A stretch of DNA of 64,000 nucleotides, taken from Octopus bimaculoides. Taxonomy: Eukaryota. The position numbers were made by a program, and so were the translations under genes. The first letter of the stretch is position 1. The number at the start of each line of letters is the position of its first letter. The stretch is from the NCBI RefSeq assembly GCF_001194135.2, contig NC_068984.1:82228893-82292892 (forward strand), in the 5' to 3' direction. Below are positions 21,701 to 36,342 of this stretch, piece after piece. The notes beneath the pieces are model-generated. The model made no database searches and was not told the origin of the DNA. It was given only the letters and a program-made list of their open reading frames with translations.

Positions 21701-24029
21701 TTACAATTGTTAGTTTCTTTCTAATGGGTCTAAGGTAACATTCAACCACTATTGATTCAAAAGTTGACTGAATGCTCCTACTTGCAAAAATTAGCCTAGA
21801 GGCGAAAAAAGAGAGGTTATTATTTTTCTTTGTACATTCCTCAAGTTTTCCTGTTCTGTTTATTGAATGTTGCATTTTCTTAGTTTTCCTACACCCTGTA
21901 TAATGTAACTTCCAGGCATTCTCTATTAATCTTTTGGTCTGTCATTAACAGAAATTCAGCTATTATTTCCTGATATGTTTTGTGTTAAAACTCTTAGCTC
22001 CATTCTAATTATTCTGTTGTAATGAATTCTGGAAATTCCTAATATTCACTGTAAATTACAGAGCTGAACTCCTGTTTTTCCAACTATCATGATGTTATCT
22101 TTATAAGTTTGACAAAACAGCGACAGTTCTTGAATTCTGTAATTTATAAGTGACTTTATTTCAGTTCCATTTACAGTTTTAATGACACTTGAGTCTACAT
22201 ACATTTATGTACATTCTGCTTATCTAAATAGTTAAGTCAATGTTTTATCTTATACAGGATAAGGTGAATCCTATCATATTTAAGGTGAAAACTAAGTAAA
22301 TTGAATCTTGCTTTTTAAGCATCTTTAATCCATAATAGCTGACTATTATGCATAATGTCTAACTATAATCCTTCTGTATAACAAGTACTATTGGGTAGAG
22401 GAAAACACCCAGAAAACCAATTATATATATCTTCCACATTACTTGCATGACAAATACTCTTGTGAAAATTATTAATTTTCCCTTTTTGAAAAGTCAATGT
22501 GCTTAGTCTTCAAGTGATAGGTAGCTCTGATCATGGAAGTAGCTACTGACTCTGTTCAGGTTATCTATATTAAAGACAAATTGTTAGGTGTCACATAAGT
22601 AAGGCCTCATTCAAATACTAATATAATGTTAAATGCCTTAATGATATTTAATTATCCATTATTTTTATTGTAATTATTTTCATTTTGTGTTTTTCTTCCA
22701 TAATGTAATAGCAGTTAAAAATTTGCTCTCATACATCTCATAATGAATTACAGTCTTGTTTCTTTCTAAAAGATATCGTGCAAGGTAAAAAGCAGCATAT
22801 TTCAGTTTTCATTGTTTGAAGAATAGTGATTTATTACCTTTACACATTTATAAAGATTAAGATATATGGTATTTGTGGATGATGGCTTTCATTGATATGA
22901 CAAAACCATTTTTATGATATTGAAAGTTTTGTTACCTTTAAATGAATGGGATTTATTCATCAATTTCTAAGTACTATATTTTGTTAAATATTGAAATAAG
23001 CTATTAGCTGACAGTGTTAAAATGTCATTGTTCCATTTAAGTTACAAATAATCATCAGCAAACTAATGTATTGCATAAAAAATACAGTAGAATTGTGAAG
23101 GCAGTTATTTAAGCTACACAGCATGTTATTGATCCTGATTTTCATGACTGTTTTTCTTTTTTGTTAATGTAACTCAACTCAAACTATATGGTTTTGAGAA
23201 AACTTCATTATTGTTATCACTTCTTATTTCCAATTATTTCCAAAAACCCTTTTGCTGTGTAAACCATCAGCTTGAGCAGCTGCATGGGGTCTTAAATTGT
23301 TGTAAAGTAATAACTATATAGGTCTCGTTTTACAAGCAGCTCTTTCTATCTATTCTCTGAAATGTTGTCAAGAATGTAATGTAAATCTGTTGAGAGTTAC
23401 AGTATTTAGATATTAACTTAAATATCAGATCCCAAATGGGATAATGTTAGTAACTTTCACCTCTCATAAGTAATCTTTATGTTCTTATCAAAGTATCCTC
23501 TTTTCATGTGTGTGTGTGATAGCAGATGTCCACTTGTGACTGAAGAAGGCCATCAGTGAACATTGCCCATTCAAAATGTCAGCAATGCCCATCCATGAAA
23601 TTATTACAGTTGATTGGGTCCCTGCTCACCATGGCACCCTTCTACTTGACCAGGCATTAGAAAGTCACCTTGTTGGCAATTGTGCAGCCTGAATTTTTAG
23701 GTCCAACAAAGCTTGAACAGCACTTCACAGATCCTCTCCATCCTATTGACTTGATCCAGAAACAAGCCAGGGCAAGATATCCAGTGCCAATATGTGTTAC
23801 TGGCTCAAGAATGTCAAATTGCCATGATCTCAAGCACAAACAAAAGCTCCCTAAAATGTTCTTTTTTTTATTATTATTTTGATTACTAGTGTGCATACTG
23901 CTCTAGCACATTAGTCATGAAGCTTACTTTCTCTGATAGCAATCCTGTAATTCCACTATACCTGTTTTGCACCCATTTTTTTTTTTACAGTGTATGGAGT
24001 TTATACCTATTCCTTTTCTGTATATTAAG

Positions 24030-24480
24030 CAAAACTATCTCCATGAAGATACCAAGACACTATCTTCTCTCCTGCTTGCTAAAACCTTAGTCTTTACTCA
24101 GTTTATCTTGAGGGATCTCACTTCTAGGTTTAACTTCCATGTCTGGAATTGTCTTCTCTAATATAGAGCAAAGGAGTTCTCATAGACAGCCAATCTTAAA
24201 CTCCTCTGTGATGGCCTGTAGGGCTGTTGAATTGTAGAAGACTGAAGACTGAACTACCCTCATGATAAATTCATCACTGAAATTGTTGACTCTCACTTCC
24301 CTTACTGCATCTTTGTACATAGCATGTACAGCATCACAAGCCATTCATCTTACTCCTAGTTTTCTAAGTGACCACCAAATTACTAAATTTGTGATACCTT
24401 GTCAAATGCCTTTTCCTAGTCAATAAATGTCAGCAATAGTGGTTTACTCTTATCATAATATTTCTCCAGCATTTATTTAA
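24030..24480 (-). mobile_element. Highly degenerate RTE-clade RT fragment
   Basis: Reverse strand gives TFID*EKAFD (near 24400-24435), DEWLV, and KFQTWKLNLE..KTKVL across frameshifts. Confidence 0.65.
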
Positions 24481-26268
24481 TATTGATTAATAAAGCTTAA
24501 TCTGAAGTAAGACTAGGAATATCAGTAAATGACTAAAAATACTCTGGTACAAGGTTTTAATTTAAAATGTTGGCATTCACCACTAAAATCGGTTTTAGAA
24601 ATTCAATAACAATAAACCTAATTTATTGCCAACTGTAACAGGAAATGTAATGACATCATTTCCAAATATATTCTTTTAGTTTATTCCTTTCAATGTGTAC
24701 AATCTTTGTTGAAGCAAGTTCATGTTTATGGAGTTTATTACAGTTTTGAATTTCATGATGGACTAAATCTTTTAGAGAACAACATATCCTTATTTGAATA
24801 GCTGTTATTATTATATGTAGGTATCATTGATCCAGGTGTGTTTCTTGTTAAACTTGGTTTGTGACCTAATCTTAATTCCTAATTCACATCTTATTCATGC
24901 TTTTAATAAAGGTACAAATGTTCCAACATCCTTAGTGGACTCCTGTTATCTTTATCTCATCTTGCAATGAACCAATGAGAATGCTTCTACACTATCAGTC
25001 AACTTGCTAGAAATAGCTGCCAAATGTTTCTCAAATTACACCCAACTGTCCTTTTAGAAAAGAAAAAGGGAAGGACAAATTGGATGATTTAATCTGAAAT
25101 AAACTATGTCTAAAAAAAAAAGGAATGGTCACAACTAGAATGCCTTTGATCATAAGTGCTCAGTTAAAGCTTACCTGAGGCTTATCATTGGCACAATTAA
25201 CTTGTAGAAAAGTACTACTACTATAAACTTATATAGGAGAGGAAAAAAATTCTATAATTTCTTGTTAGTAATTTTATAAATAAAACATCTACTGACAGTA
25301 GATTCTCTCAACTCATCAGATCAGGTTATGCTTTCCTTTATGCTTTCACTAACCCAAGTGTTGTTGCTATTCTTCTTGTCTTACATGTAGTTTAATGTGT
25401 CTGTCAGAATCCAATAGGATTTCTTTAAAATTAAAAAAAGCTTATTGTCAACAGCAGTGCTTATTTAAGCACATATTTTATTTTTTTATTTCTATTTGAC
25501 TGAAGCTTCTTTTGTTGATGATTTAAGGACCAAAGATAAACTTGGTCAGGATGAGATTTGAAGTTTAAATTGAAATTATTAAAAGTATAAATTGTTTGAT
25601 TGATAATTTACTATTGTTGTATAACCCAAATCTCTGATCAAGCAGGCCTATGCCAAAGGCATTTCAGATCTGATCTTTTCATCTTTTTAGTGGTATGTGT
25701 CCTTATTTAAGATAAAAGGGTGTGATTTCAAAGAAATTTGGCTGCTATTTTTGGCTGTTCAAGCCACCTTGTAGACTGGTGGTTCTCAACCTTTTGTAGC
25801 TAAACACCTCTTTCAATAAATGTCATTTTACAAATTACCCTTCCAGTGTTTTAAAAAAAATCTATAAATGATTTTTATAATACAGAAGCTAATTTCACAC
25901 CCTGGAGCCTCCTTGACATTTACTGCTTCCATGAAAGAGGTACAACTTCCCAGTTTAATAATGGTTGAAACAGAGGCTCCATTGTTGGCTCATTTTTAGT
26001 AAGTTGTGATGTATGGATAGCATGTTTCTACTGTACAGTTTTACTATTCCTCTAATACCCCTTGTCCAGTATAATGTTATTCTCACTTTCAGTCCATGAA
26101 ACTTTTTACTTAAGAAGTATTGTTCTATACCAACTTTAGTGGCCTAACAATCTATATAATAATTTAACAAAGGTAATTTAAACTTTTGGAATGGGATAAT
26201 TTTGATGTTCGTTGGTTCCTCTTTAAATATAAAAATGCAATTTCAGTATGTATTTGTGTTCCTTTGTA

Positions 26269-27096
26269 CAAGGTGTATTCCAGAAGTTTTCAGACTTTTT
26301 CAGGAGAGACATTTATAAATTTCAAAACAGTACAAAGCACTAATCTCCTTTGAAGTAGAATCCTCTGATTTCAATGCACTTGTAGTATTCTAGCCATTTC
26401 ATGAAGGTCTCCATGAAAGTCCTCCAAAGTGAAGGTGTCCAGGACCCTTGTCACTGCCTCCTCCTTCTTCAAAATGACTTCCTCTGAGGTTCTCCTTCAT
26501 CTTGGGGAATAGTGAAAAGTAACAGGGAGTAAGTCTGAATTGCATGGAGGGAAGAGGACAGTTTTGATGCCCATCTCTATCAAACAGTTGGTTACCAGGA
26601 TTCTTGTCACTGAGCACCATGGCAATAAACTTTGGACATGTTCAGATCTTTATGAATTATTCTGTGTACAGACTCCACACTAATTTTCTCAATCAGCATC
26701 AATGTCAACAACCCTCTCCCTCCCACACTTCTCTTCATCTCTCACCATCTCTCTCCCATTCTTGAATCTCTTGTGCCAGTAAAAAAGTTAACCCATAAGC
26801 AGTCTGGAGTATTTCTTAAGCTTTCCCAGTTTAACATAAAACTTTATTGCATAGCAAGCTTCTAAATTGTCTTCACATACTGACTGCATTCTGCAAACTA
26901 GTCAGCTATGGCAAACAGTGTTTAGTAGGGTGTATTCAAAGTACTGTTACAACTGTCTATTTCAATCTAGAATAACAAAAGTTAACAGGTCAGCTTATTA
27001 AATGTATAGTAATTATATGCTAAAATTACAATACTCTAGAACAGTTATAACCCCCTCTCCTAAAAGTGTCTCAAAACTCCTGGAATGAACCTCACA
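26269..27096 (-). mobile_element. Internally deleted mariner element
   Basis: Imperfect TIRs ta|caaggtgtattccagaagttttcagact and agtgtctcaaaactcctggaatgaacctcaca|ta; reverse strand LTPCYFSLFPKMKENLRGSHFE and KWLEYYKCIEIRGFYFKGD* = mariner transposase C-terminus. Confidence 0.75.
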
Positions 27097-29924
27097 TAAA
27101 GAAATATAATATTAGAGTTTACAAATATTTTATGATAAAAAGCCATAATGTTGTTTTAAGAAGTCTTTAAACGATGTAAAACTTGATTTTTATGTTTAGT
27201 GATATTTATTTGCATACAGAAAAAGGCTTACTGTTCAGTGGTATTTGTTCCATTGTAAAAATACAATTTCAATTTTTGTACACTGCTATCTTTATTTCAC
27301 ACCATTCAACAAATCCAACCTACAAAAGTTAATTTCTTCTGTCTTGTTCTGTTTGCTTGATTGTTTGGCTTTCTGCTCTGCTATATGAAAAGATAAAAAA
27401 AACGTCATTGAAACTAAAAAGTCTGTGAGTTTTTTTTTTTTTTAATCATGGATTTACTAAGTAACACTTATGTTGTATTTTACATAATACTTGCTTCTTT
27501 GGTAAGCTATTTAAATATAAAGCAAATGGTTGGACCCAAGGAAACTAGCAGTGACCTGTGCCAGCAAGTGAAGCATAGTATGCATGGGAGATCAAGAGTG
27601 CAGTCACCTTCTGTGTGCAAGTGTGAAAGGATGCAAAATTTCCTTTTGATTATTATGCCTGTTAAGGTAGGCTCACAAATGGTTGCCTTTGTTCCCAGAT
27701 GCTGAGAACTCTTGCTTTGCCACTAGTCAACAAATTTAGAGAGTATAATAATTCAAAAGTATAATAAATTGGCTTGCCATCTCCAACAAAGGATATTATT
27801 TGAGACATTAGCCTGTTCCTCTTCTTCCCTGCAAACTAATTTATACTTTTGAACTATTTATATTCTGATATATGCTGAATGAGCTACAGATTATATGAAA
27901 AATGAACTCTATCAGATGAAATACAATGTTTATTTAGATAGCCACATAAGCAATACAATTTCTTCCAGATATTGGTAGTCGTAGTAGTTAGTATAATGCA
28001 AAACTTCATGGGAATTCTGATCATGTGTGTAAAATTCTCTATTTGATCATTCAAATAGTTCATTCTGTTTATGTAAAAGAGGAAAGAATCCTCAAATGTA
28101 ACTCTCCTCTTCCTTATACTTGTTAGTGTTTCTTAAAATGTATAAATAACAAGTAAAATGTTGTTTCATTAGCTATAGAAACTCAATCTTTGATATTCAA
28201 TGATACTCCCTGGATCTATGGAAACAGTTTTAGTGCTCAAACATTGTTTCTTTAGAAAAAAAAAAAATAGTAATTGATTTTTTTTTTTTCTTTTTGCACA
28301 TTCACACTGAAATCCCAATAATATATCATTTGTAAACAGAAATTAAATCAATAATGAATATAATACCTGGCCTGTTTTCCTAATCTATTTGTGCAGCTCT
28401 GCCACTTTCTTTTACTGTCAGTTTTCTCCCTCTCTCTTCACCTCTATTCTCTTTCCTTTGGCTTGCTCACATACTCACTCATTTTTTTCCAATTCATTTT
28501 GCTTAAAGCTTGCCATATATCACCAATTTTATCACTCATTTATATCTCATTTCTCAGTTTCTTAGTTCATCTCATGACTTTATTCTCTATCCTGTTGCTT
28601 CTCTTTCCATCTCTCTCCCTTTGTTTTTTGCCTCCTTCTCCCTTCTGTCAGTTATTTCATTTCTCTTTTAAATTATTTAGAAAAGGACCTTCCTAGCTCA
28701 TCTCTAATTACTGAAAACAGCTTATTAATTTATGCTTCACTGGCTTATCTATAAAAATAGTGTATGATTAGTTTATTAACTGACGTCACCTGGAAGAGAT
28801 AACTGTTTCCAGTTTACATAAAATCTTTTTTTGTGTGTAGGTGGGTGTTTTTAGTAGAAAGGATTGCAGTATCAAACTATCCGGCTTCTGAAGCATTAGT
28901 TTATTTCCTATTAAATGCATTTCATTATGTTACTACTGGTTAGGCAAGGCATTAAACACTGCTTGCTTTACTTGTCATTGAGATTCAAGTCAATCCTAAT
29001 TGAGAAAATCTTTGATCGGGGATGTTCCAGTGTGTTCTTTTTAAAATGGTAGGGTGTGATTTGGGAGAGATTTAGCTGTTATTTCCAGTCAGTTGAGATT
29101 CCCTCAATGGAGGTGATGAGTATAGTAAACCACTGTGGCAACTTCAAACACTATAAGGGAGCCACCACATGATTGCTTGACCTGGTAGAAATAGCAACAA
29201 AATCTCCTTAAATTAAATCCTACTGTCTTGAATAAGGAGAAGAAACATTAGAAATATGTAGCCATATCCCTAAAAAGACAGGATAGTCATGACTATCATT
29301 CATATATCTCTCCAACAGGTCTGGGTTAACCATTAAACAATATATAAGCACAGGTTGAGAGCACCTAAAAAAAAGGACATCACTGTTTCTTTTATTTTCT
29401 GTACTGGAGTCCCTGCGGTGCAGATGGTAAAAAAAAAGTTGGGGATTTTTACTTAGTGAATAAAAAAAAGTGTAAAAAATTTGCACTTTTTTGTTTTTGT
29501 CCTAGTTATAAATAATTTGCTTATATTACTGCTATTTAGTATAAAATGAAATTTTAAAAAACACATATTTAATATAGCTGTGAGATGGTACAGGATGGGA
29601 TGGGAGAAAACTGAATATTTAATCTATTATTTCACATTTGGCACTTTTTTCATCCTAATGTCAGTTTGACAATGGAAAGGTCAAGAGGGAACCATTGTTG
29701 AATTGCGTAAGAACAATCTGCTAATCTTAATTTGGCCTTCTCCTCAAATGTGCCTACTTTACTCTCTCCTCTACTTCTCTCTTCCTTTCGAAAACTTATT
29801 AAAAATGAAAAGAAGAAAACAAATCAGCTTGTCATTTAACCCAAGGTCAACTTTGATTTAGCAAAACCAATCATCAAAGGTATTCCATCTGTAACCATCC
29901 CATGCATTATTAAAACTGGGCCTC

Positions 29925-30238
29925 TCACTCAGAGTAGAAGGTAGACTGTATGATGCATGCTACATGGCAGTGAAACATGGGCTGTGACTGCTGAGGACAT
30001 GCGTAAACTTGCAAGGAATGAAACCAGTATGCTCCGCTGGATGTGTAATGTCAGTGTGCATACTCGACAGAGTGTAAGTACCTTGAGAGAAAAGTTGGAC
30101 CTAAGAAGCATCAGATGTGGTGTGCAAGAGAGATGTCTGTGCTGGTATGGTCATGCGGCGAGAATGGATGAGGATAGCTGTGTGAAAAAGTGCCACACCC
30201 TAGCAGTTGAGGGAACCTGTGGAAGAGGTAGACTCAGG
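29925..30238 (+). mobile_element. RTE-clade (BovB-like) LINE ORF2 C-terminal fragment
   Basis: MLHGSETWAVTAEDMRKLARNETSMLRWMCNV...WYGHAARMDEDSCVKKC..VEGTCGRGR is the typical RTE post-RT region (YGSETW, MLRW, WxGH, GRGR). Confidence 0.88.
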
Positions 30239-33200
30239 TTCAATCCCTCTGCATGACACCTTGGGTAAATGTTTTCTACTAAAACTTCATTCCGACCAAA
30301 GCCTTGCGGGTGAATTTGGGTGGACAGAAAGAAACCTGTTGTATGAGTATGTGTTTCCATTTGCACTCTACAAATGTCGAGAGTTCGGAGTGGGTATAGT
30401 GTTGTTGTTAATTTTCCTGTTAGCATAGTGTCTGTTTGCTTTGAACTTTTGGAAACATGTGAAATATGAAAGCCTTTTCTTGAAAAATAGGTAAAGATTA
30501 GTGACAGAGACGTAAAACGAATGAATGAATGAATAACATTCATATTGTAGTGTTACATACTTCACATGATTTACTTGCTTACTATATCAGATGGTGATAT
30601 AATTAGTGCTATATGAATATCAGTTCGACAAAGGGAGCTCAGTTCCTCTGTTGAAGAAAAGTGTTGAAGGTTAGGGCCTGTTGCAACTATTGCTTTGTTT
30701 TGAATAAACAATATACAGTGGGACAACATTATTAGATTTAGAATTTTGGTGATGAGTAATATGCCAGCACATTCAACACTCAAAAACATCGCCAGTTATA
30801 AAGGTACACATACTTGGAATAATTGACTCAATACACTAGAAATATTATTTTGAGATTACTGTGATAGATAACAGCAGAAAAAGGATGATTCTATAATATA
30901 TTAGAAAGGAATACCCCAGCTGGTCCCATTCTATCCCACAAAATTTGACTTACAAGAGGAGCATGGTTTGGTCTGTTTCACCCCAAGACAGATTCCTTGC
31001 CTAACTATATTACCCAACATAAAACAAAATAATGCAAAGGCATGTGATTTTGATAATCATGATACTGATGGTTGTAGTAGTATACCAATTCATTAAGACA
31101 AATCATTCAATGAGAATGAAATTGTTGCTGTTATTGAACATCACTTTCAAAAGAAGTTCATTAGCATTGGTGGAGGTATGTGATATAGTTAAACAGCAAG
31201 CAAGGTGCATAAAAGAACGCATACTTATTACTTATGATGAAGATAATATCAATTTGATTTGGCAATCTGGAATTATGAAATAAATAAGTAAAAAGTTCTA
31301 TTATGTGTATGGTTTCAAATCTCATATCTCTTCTGATGCTGTGGTTGGGAAAGAGTTAAATCTGCTACTTATATTTGAAAAGAAATAACTAAATCAGCCA
31401 AAGAAACAACCTGTATACCTATTGTTGAAGAGGTACTAGAAAATTGGAATAGATTTTAATATATCACTAAATAGAATTAGATTCATCATTGCGTCATTAA
31501 AACATTTCCAGCAGATTATCACTGTGCAAGTGTTTGGTTCTGGGAATATCCTCAGTATTTGAAAATTTCCAGTTATCATTAGCAGCTTTTTAAAAATCTG
31601 AGACTACTAACATAATATTACAGATTATATTCTAGTCTACAACAAGTTTAACAATTGAATGGTTTCACATTAAATCACAAGAAATGTATTTTGTGTGTGA
31701 GAATATTTTAACTTCTTTCAAATCAAAAGTGTTTAAGCTGACACAGGATAAGATTAGTATTATAGTGGCTCACTAAACGTCTTGGGGATTATCAAACTAT
31801 TTTAATTGTTTCATGTCACTAAAACAGAATGTGGAACCCAACAACAATAAATAAATAAAATTTAAAGGATGGTAAACAAGATGAACTATTTTAATAATGA
31901 AAACAATGTATGACATCAAGTACAATACTATCGCACTTTGATAACAAAGTGAAAGTTGTTTTATCAATGTTGATGTCTGTTCTGTTGGACTGGTTGTTGT
32001 ATTGATACTTTAGGAACATTGTTTGCTGTGCATCCAAAACACTATTGAATAACGATTTTGTCAAACTAGTGGTATGGTGTATATAAAAAAAATTCCATTC
32101 AATATATTCAGTGAGCATCAACTACTGTACATCCCTAAGAATAACACCTCCAATTTAGAAGGCATCCACAGTCCAACAGATTCACTGACACATCAGTAAC
32201 AACAGAATATGTTGAAATGACCGTTGCAAACGATATGTCATTTTTGTAATTACAAATACAATTCAAGCTTGTACTTTGCGGAGGTTCACGAAGTTCTTTA
32301 TATAATATTGATTCAGTTCAGAGGCTTGATCATGAGTCGAGTTTACTGAATGAATCAACCAATCAAAGTGGCTAAAAGGTTAATGTGGTGTCGCAAAACA
32401 GCACACCTGACCAGGAATCACCTGAACTACATACGGCGTAACTTACGTGGGTCTACAAGAATTAAAAAAGGCATACCAGCAATCAAATAGAGTTCGTATA
32501 GTGGACGCAATATATAGTAGCATTGCATTACTTCACACGATTTACATGTTCATTTAAGAGAAGGCATACAATTGTGTGAAGCCTGCAACATCATTCAATG
32601 AATAAGCGGTCAGATGATCATTACTAGTTAGCACAGTTTACTATACCTCGTGATTCAATCCAGTAGTCAGATGTTCATTACTAATCATCTTGTTACCACT
32701 TCGATAAAAAAAAAAAGCTTTTTCTTCCTTACTTTTTAGTTGAATAAAATTTCCAGAGTTAAAGGGCTCCTTACAACTCTGATATGGTTTTGGGACAAAC
32801 ACTTTACAGTGGGACTTCTGTATTAAAACAAACACATTACTGGACACACATTACAATTTTGTTAAATCTTCCAACCACTTGGAGTATTTCAAATTTTCAT
32901 CAGATTATTTTAAAATTTTCTGCACTGGTGTAACTTCTTTATTATTAATTTGTAAAACAAAAACAAAAAGGCATTTTTTGTCATGGGCAGTCTTGACTTT
33001 TTAAAAAAATAATCTGATGAAAATTTGAAAGCATTTTGGTTGGAAGCATTTTAACAAGATCTCTGCATTATTCAATGTGTCCTTTATACGTAAGGCACAT
33101 GATATGAGGGCTGCTACTTCTAGCAAATTGACTGACTGCTTTGAAGTTTTCGTAGCTCGAAATCAGCTGGTTTAACTATTGGTTCAAAGCTTTGGCTATG

Positions 33201-35999
33201 ATTTCAGGAATCTAAGGACGAAGTGCTTCATACCCTTTGTCAACAAAAGTATTTTTGATGGGACACTTTTGCACACTAAAATGATAATATTAATGTTAGT
33301 AAAATTCACTTCAGTTAACAGACCACTTCATTTGTGTGAACAGTTGTCCTTCTTTCCTCACTCCTTCTCTCTCATACAGATAATGTAGATGTTTGTAATT
33401 GTGAAATGTTTTCTAAAACCAAAACTCTACTCATGGAATTCCATTTATGCTCTTTGGGTTGATGATTAACAGCTTTTATTAATTTAAAACACTAAGTCTA
33501 TATAACACTTCAGTCAACGCAATAGCTTGTGTACAATGTAGAGAAGGGAATTTTAGCAACATATGAAGTTGGGAGCTTTTCTGTTTCCCTGAGAATTTTC
33601 AATTCCCTTAATTTTGTCCCAACTGTTTTCAAATTTGGTGTATTGATGTGGTTTTGTTTGCTGATTGTGGAAATGAAATTTGTCTTTACCATAAATTAAT
33701 AGCTTTTAAAGTTTTCAAATTTTGGGTAATTTTAGCCAATCATTACGTACTATGATGTCACACTTCCATGTCATTGACAGTATCCTTACTGGAAGTGTTA
33801 ATCACAGGCATAAGCCTTATGCATTATTATACACATTACTTATGAAGTTATTTAATAGCGTTCTACTGCACATAGACCTGAAAACACTGACCTGGGTGAA
33901 AAGCGATAGAAAGCAACCTTGCTAATTTTAAGCACAGTTGAGATTTAGCTATTGTAAGTTACAAGTGTGTTCATATTCATGTATAAGTACAGTATGGCTG
34001 AATAGTTAAGAGGGTTGCTTCACAACCATGTTGTCTCATGTTCAATACTACTCTGTGGCATATTTGGTCAATGTCATTTTCTATGGATTCAGGTCAATTC
34101 CCTACTTTGTGAATGAAATTGAGTATGCAGAAACAGTATAGAAGCCCATTGAATTCAAAGGTACAACTTTGTCACACATTGTATCATGCTGATTCTGCAT
34201 GGAATTATGTCACAGCTCAGTATATCTGTAAAATACTCTGTTACTTGTGCATTCATTCAATGAACAAGTAATTCAGTTGATCAAATGATTGAATTTACAT
34301 TGCTGAAATAAATGGAGAACCATCTGTATATGTGCACAACTGTAAATACCAAGAAAACAATAATTATCTTGTCTTCCATTGTAATATCACTGATATTTAG
34401 GATGCATTATAAGAATCTACTCCAGAACTTGATTGATACTTCATTTTATTGATCCTAGAAGCACAGAAGGCTAAGTTGATCTAGACAGGATTTGAACTTG
34501 AATGTAAAAGTCTATAACTAAATGCTGTAATCACTTTCTCCTATATAAAGCAGTCACTAGTAAAAGCTGTTGTTTGTTTTTCCTTGAGTATGTGACCTAA
34601 AAAACTGTTGACCTAAAAAACTTATAACCACATAAATTTGTTTTTAATTGTAAAGTATACCAACTATGTTTTTTTTTTGTGTGTGTGTGATATGAACAGA
34701 CTTGCTCTCCTCTTCTCTCTTTGCCAGTTTAAACGAACTATATATGTCGCACATATACAACGATTATTTGTTTTATTGGCCTCATCCATTTCTCCTATTC
34801 AATAAAACCTGCTAGAAATGATGGTCTATTTTCTTTCAAATTCCACCATGCCATCTTGAAGAAGGAATTCTTGGTGATTCAGGCAGTGAGGAATGAAGTG
34901 TAAATTTGAACCCATCATCTGGTGATCCAGTGCTTTCCCCATTCTGCTTGTTCTTGTAATTGCACAAGTCTCACTTATTCCTAGCTCCCTTTTTAGTTGG
35001 GCTAAAGAAGGCTATGGGCAATGACCCTTATTCTCAGACCAAAATCTACAATAAAAGTTATTGATCTTTTAACTTATAAAAATACATACTTGGAATCAGT
35101 TGAATCAACTTTTTTGTGATCACTCAAGCTGCTGGAAATAGAAGCCAAATCTCTCTCAGATTTAACTTCACCATCTGAGAAAAAGAGGGGTACATTATAT
35201 ATATTCCTGGATAGACTTTGTCTAAATAAGACAGGATGGTTATGTCATTGCACATAGTTTTACTTCATATGTTTAATCACAGAAACTGAGATTTAATGAA
35301 ATATTTAGTAATTTTTATTTTGTTGAAGTTGAATTTTGATTTTAGTTTCGATTCCACTTCAATTGTTTGCATTGGCTGAACCATTGGAGCCTAGGATGAA
35401 ATGCCTTGTAGTAATTAGATCTTTATGTTCTGAGTTCTATTCTTGCTGAGATGAGCTTTGCCTTTTATCTCTCCAGAACCAATAAAATAAAGTACTAGCC
35501 AAGTACTGGAGTTGGTGTAATTGACTACCTCCCTTTCCACAAAAATGGCTGGCTTTGTGTCTAAATTTGGAGCCAATTTTGATAATTCAAACTACTTTTA
35601 AAAAAAAAAAAAGTCAAGCAATATGTAAATAAACCAAAATTAAATAGAATTTGAAGTTTCCTTTCTTGATTTCAAATGCACATATACACAAACCCTGCTA
35701 CCAAACACTTACCCAATCTGTCTTCTATTGAACTGCACCCTCAGTGGAATTTGAACTCAGAACAAGAAAGACAGACGAAATACTGCTAAGCATTTCACCT
35801 GGCATGCTAACGTTTCTGCCAACTTACCACCTTCATGAATTAGCAAAATTTACTTTTTCTTGAGGATTGTTGTTTTACTTATTTTTATTATTTTTCTGGT
35901 AGGAGGAGGTTAAAAAAAATTCAGCTGCTTTTGTTTTTCTTTCAGTAAACTTGTACCAAGAACATTCAAATATATGTATGTATATATATATATATCATC

Positions 36000-36307
36000 A
36001 TCATCGTCGTTTAACGTCCGCTTTCCATGCTAGCATGGGTTGGACGATTTGACTGAGGACTGGTGAAACCGGATGGCAACACCAGGCTCCAATCTAATTT
36101 GGCAGAGTTTCTACAGCTGGATGCCCTTCCTAACGCCAACCACTCAGAGAGTGTAGTGGGTGCTTTTACGTGTCACCCACACGAAAACGGCCACGCTCGA
36201 AATGGTGTCTTTTATGTGCCACCTGCACAAGCCAGTCCAGGGGCACTGGCAACGATCTTACTTGGCTTGCCGGGTCTTCTCACGCACAGCACATTTCCAA
36301 AGGTCTC

Positions 36308-36310
<3 letters not shown>
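36000..36310 (-). mobile_element. RTE-type 3' tail repeat (young copy)
   Basis: Reverse strand ends aaggcatccagctgtagaaac...gcatggaaagcggacgttaaacgacgatgatgat. Copies at 56485-56662 (near-identical), 56665-56960, 41445-41610(+), 51230-51430(+) and 58970-59120. Confidence 0.75.

Positions 36311-36342
<32 letters not shown>

Noticed and set aside
23520-23900. GC-richer stretch with a 70-aa ORF as a possible upstream ZNF exon
   Set aside because: No family motif and no convincing splice-site pair; probably a TE relic.
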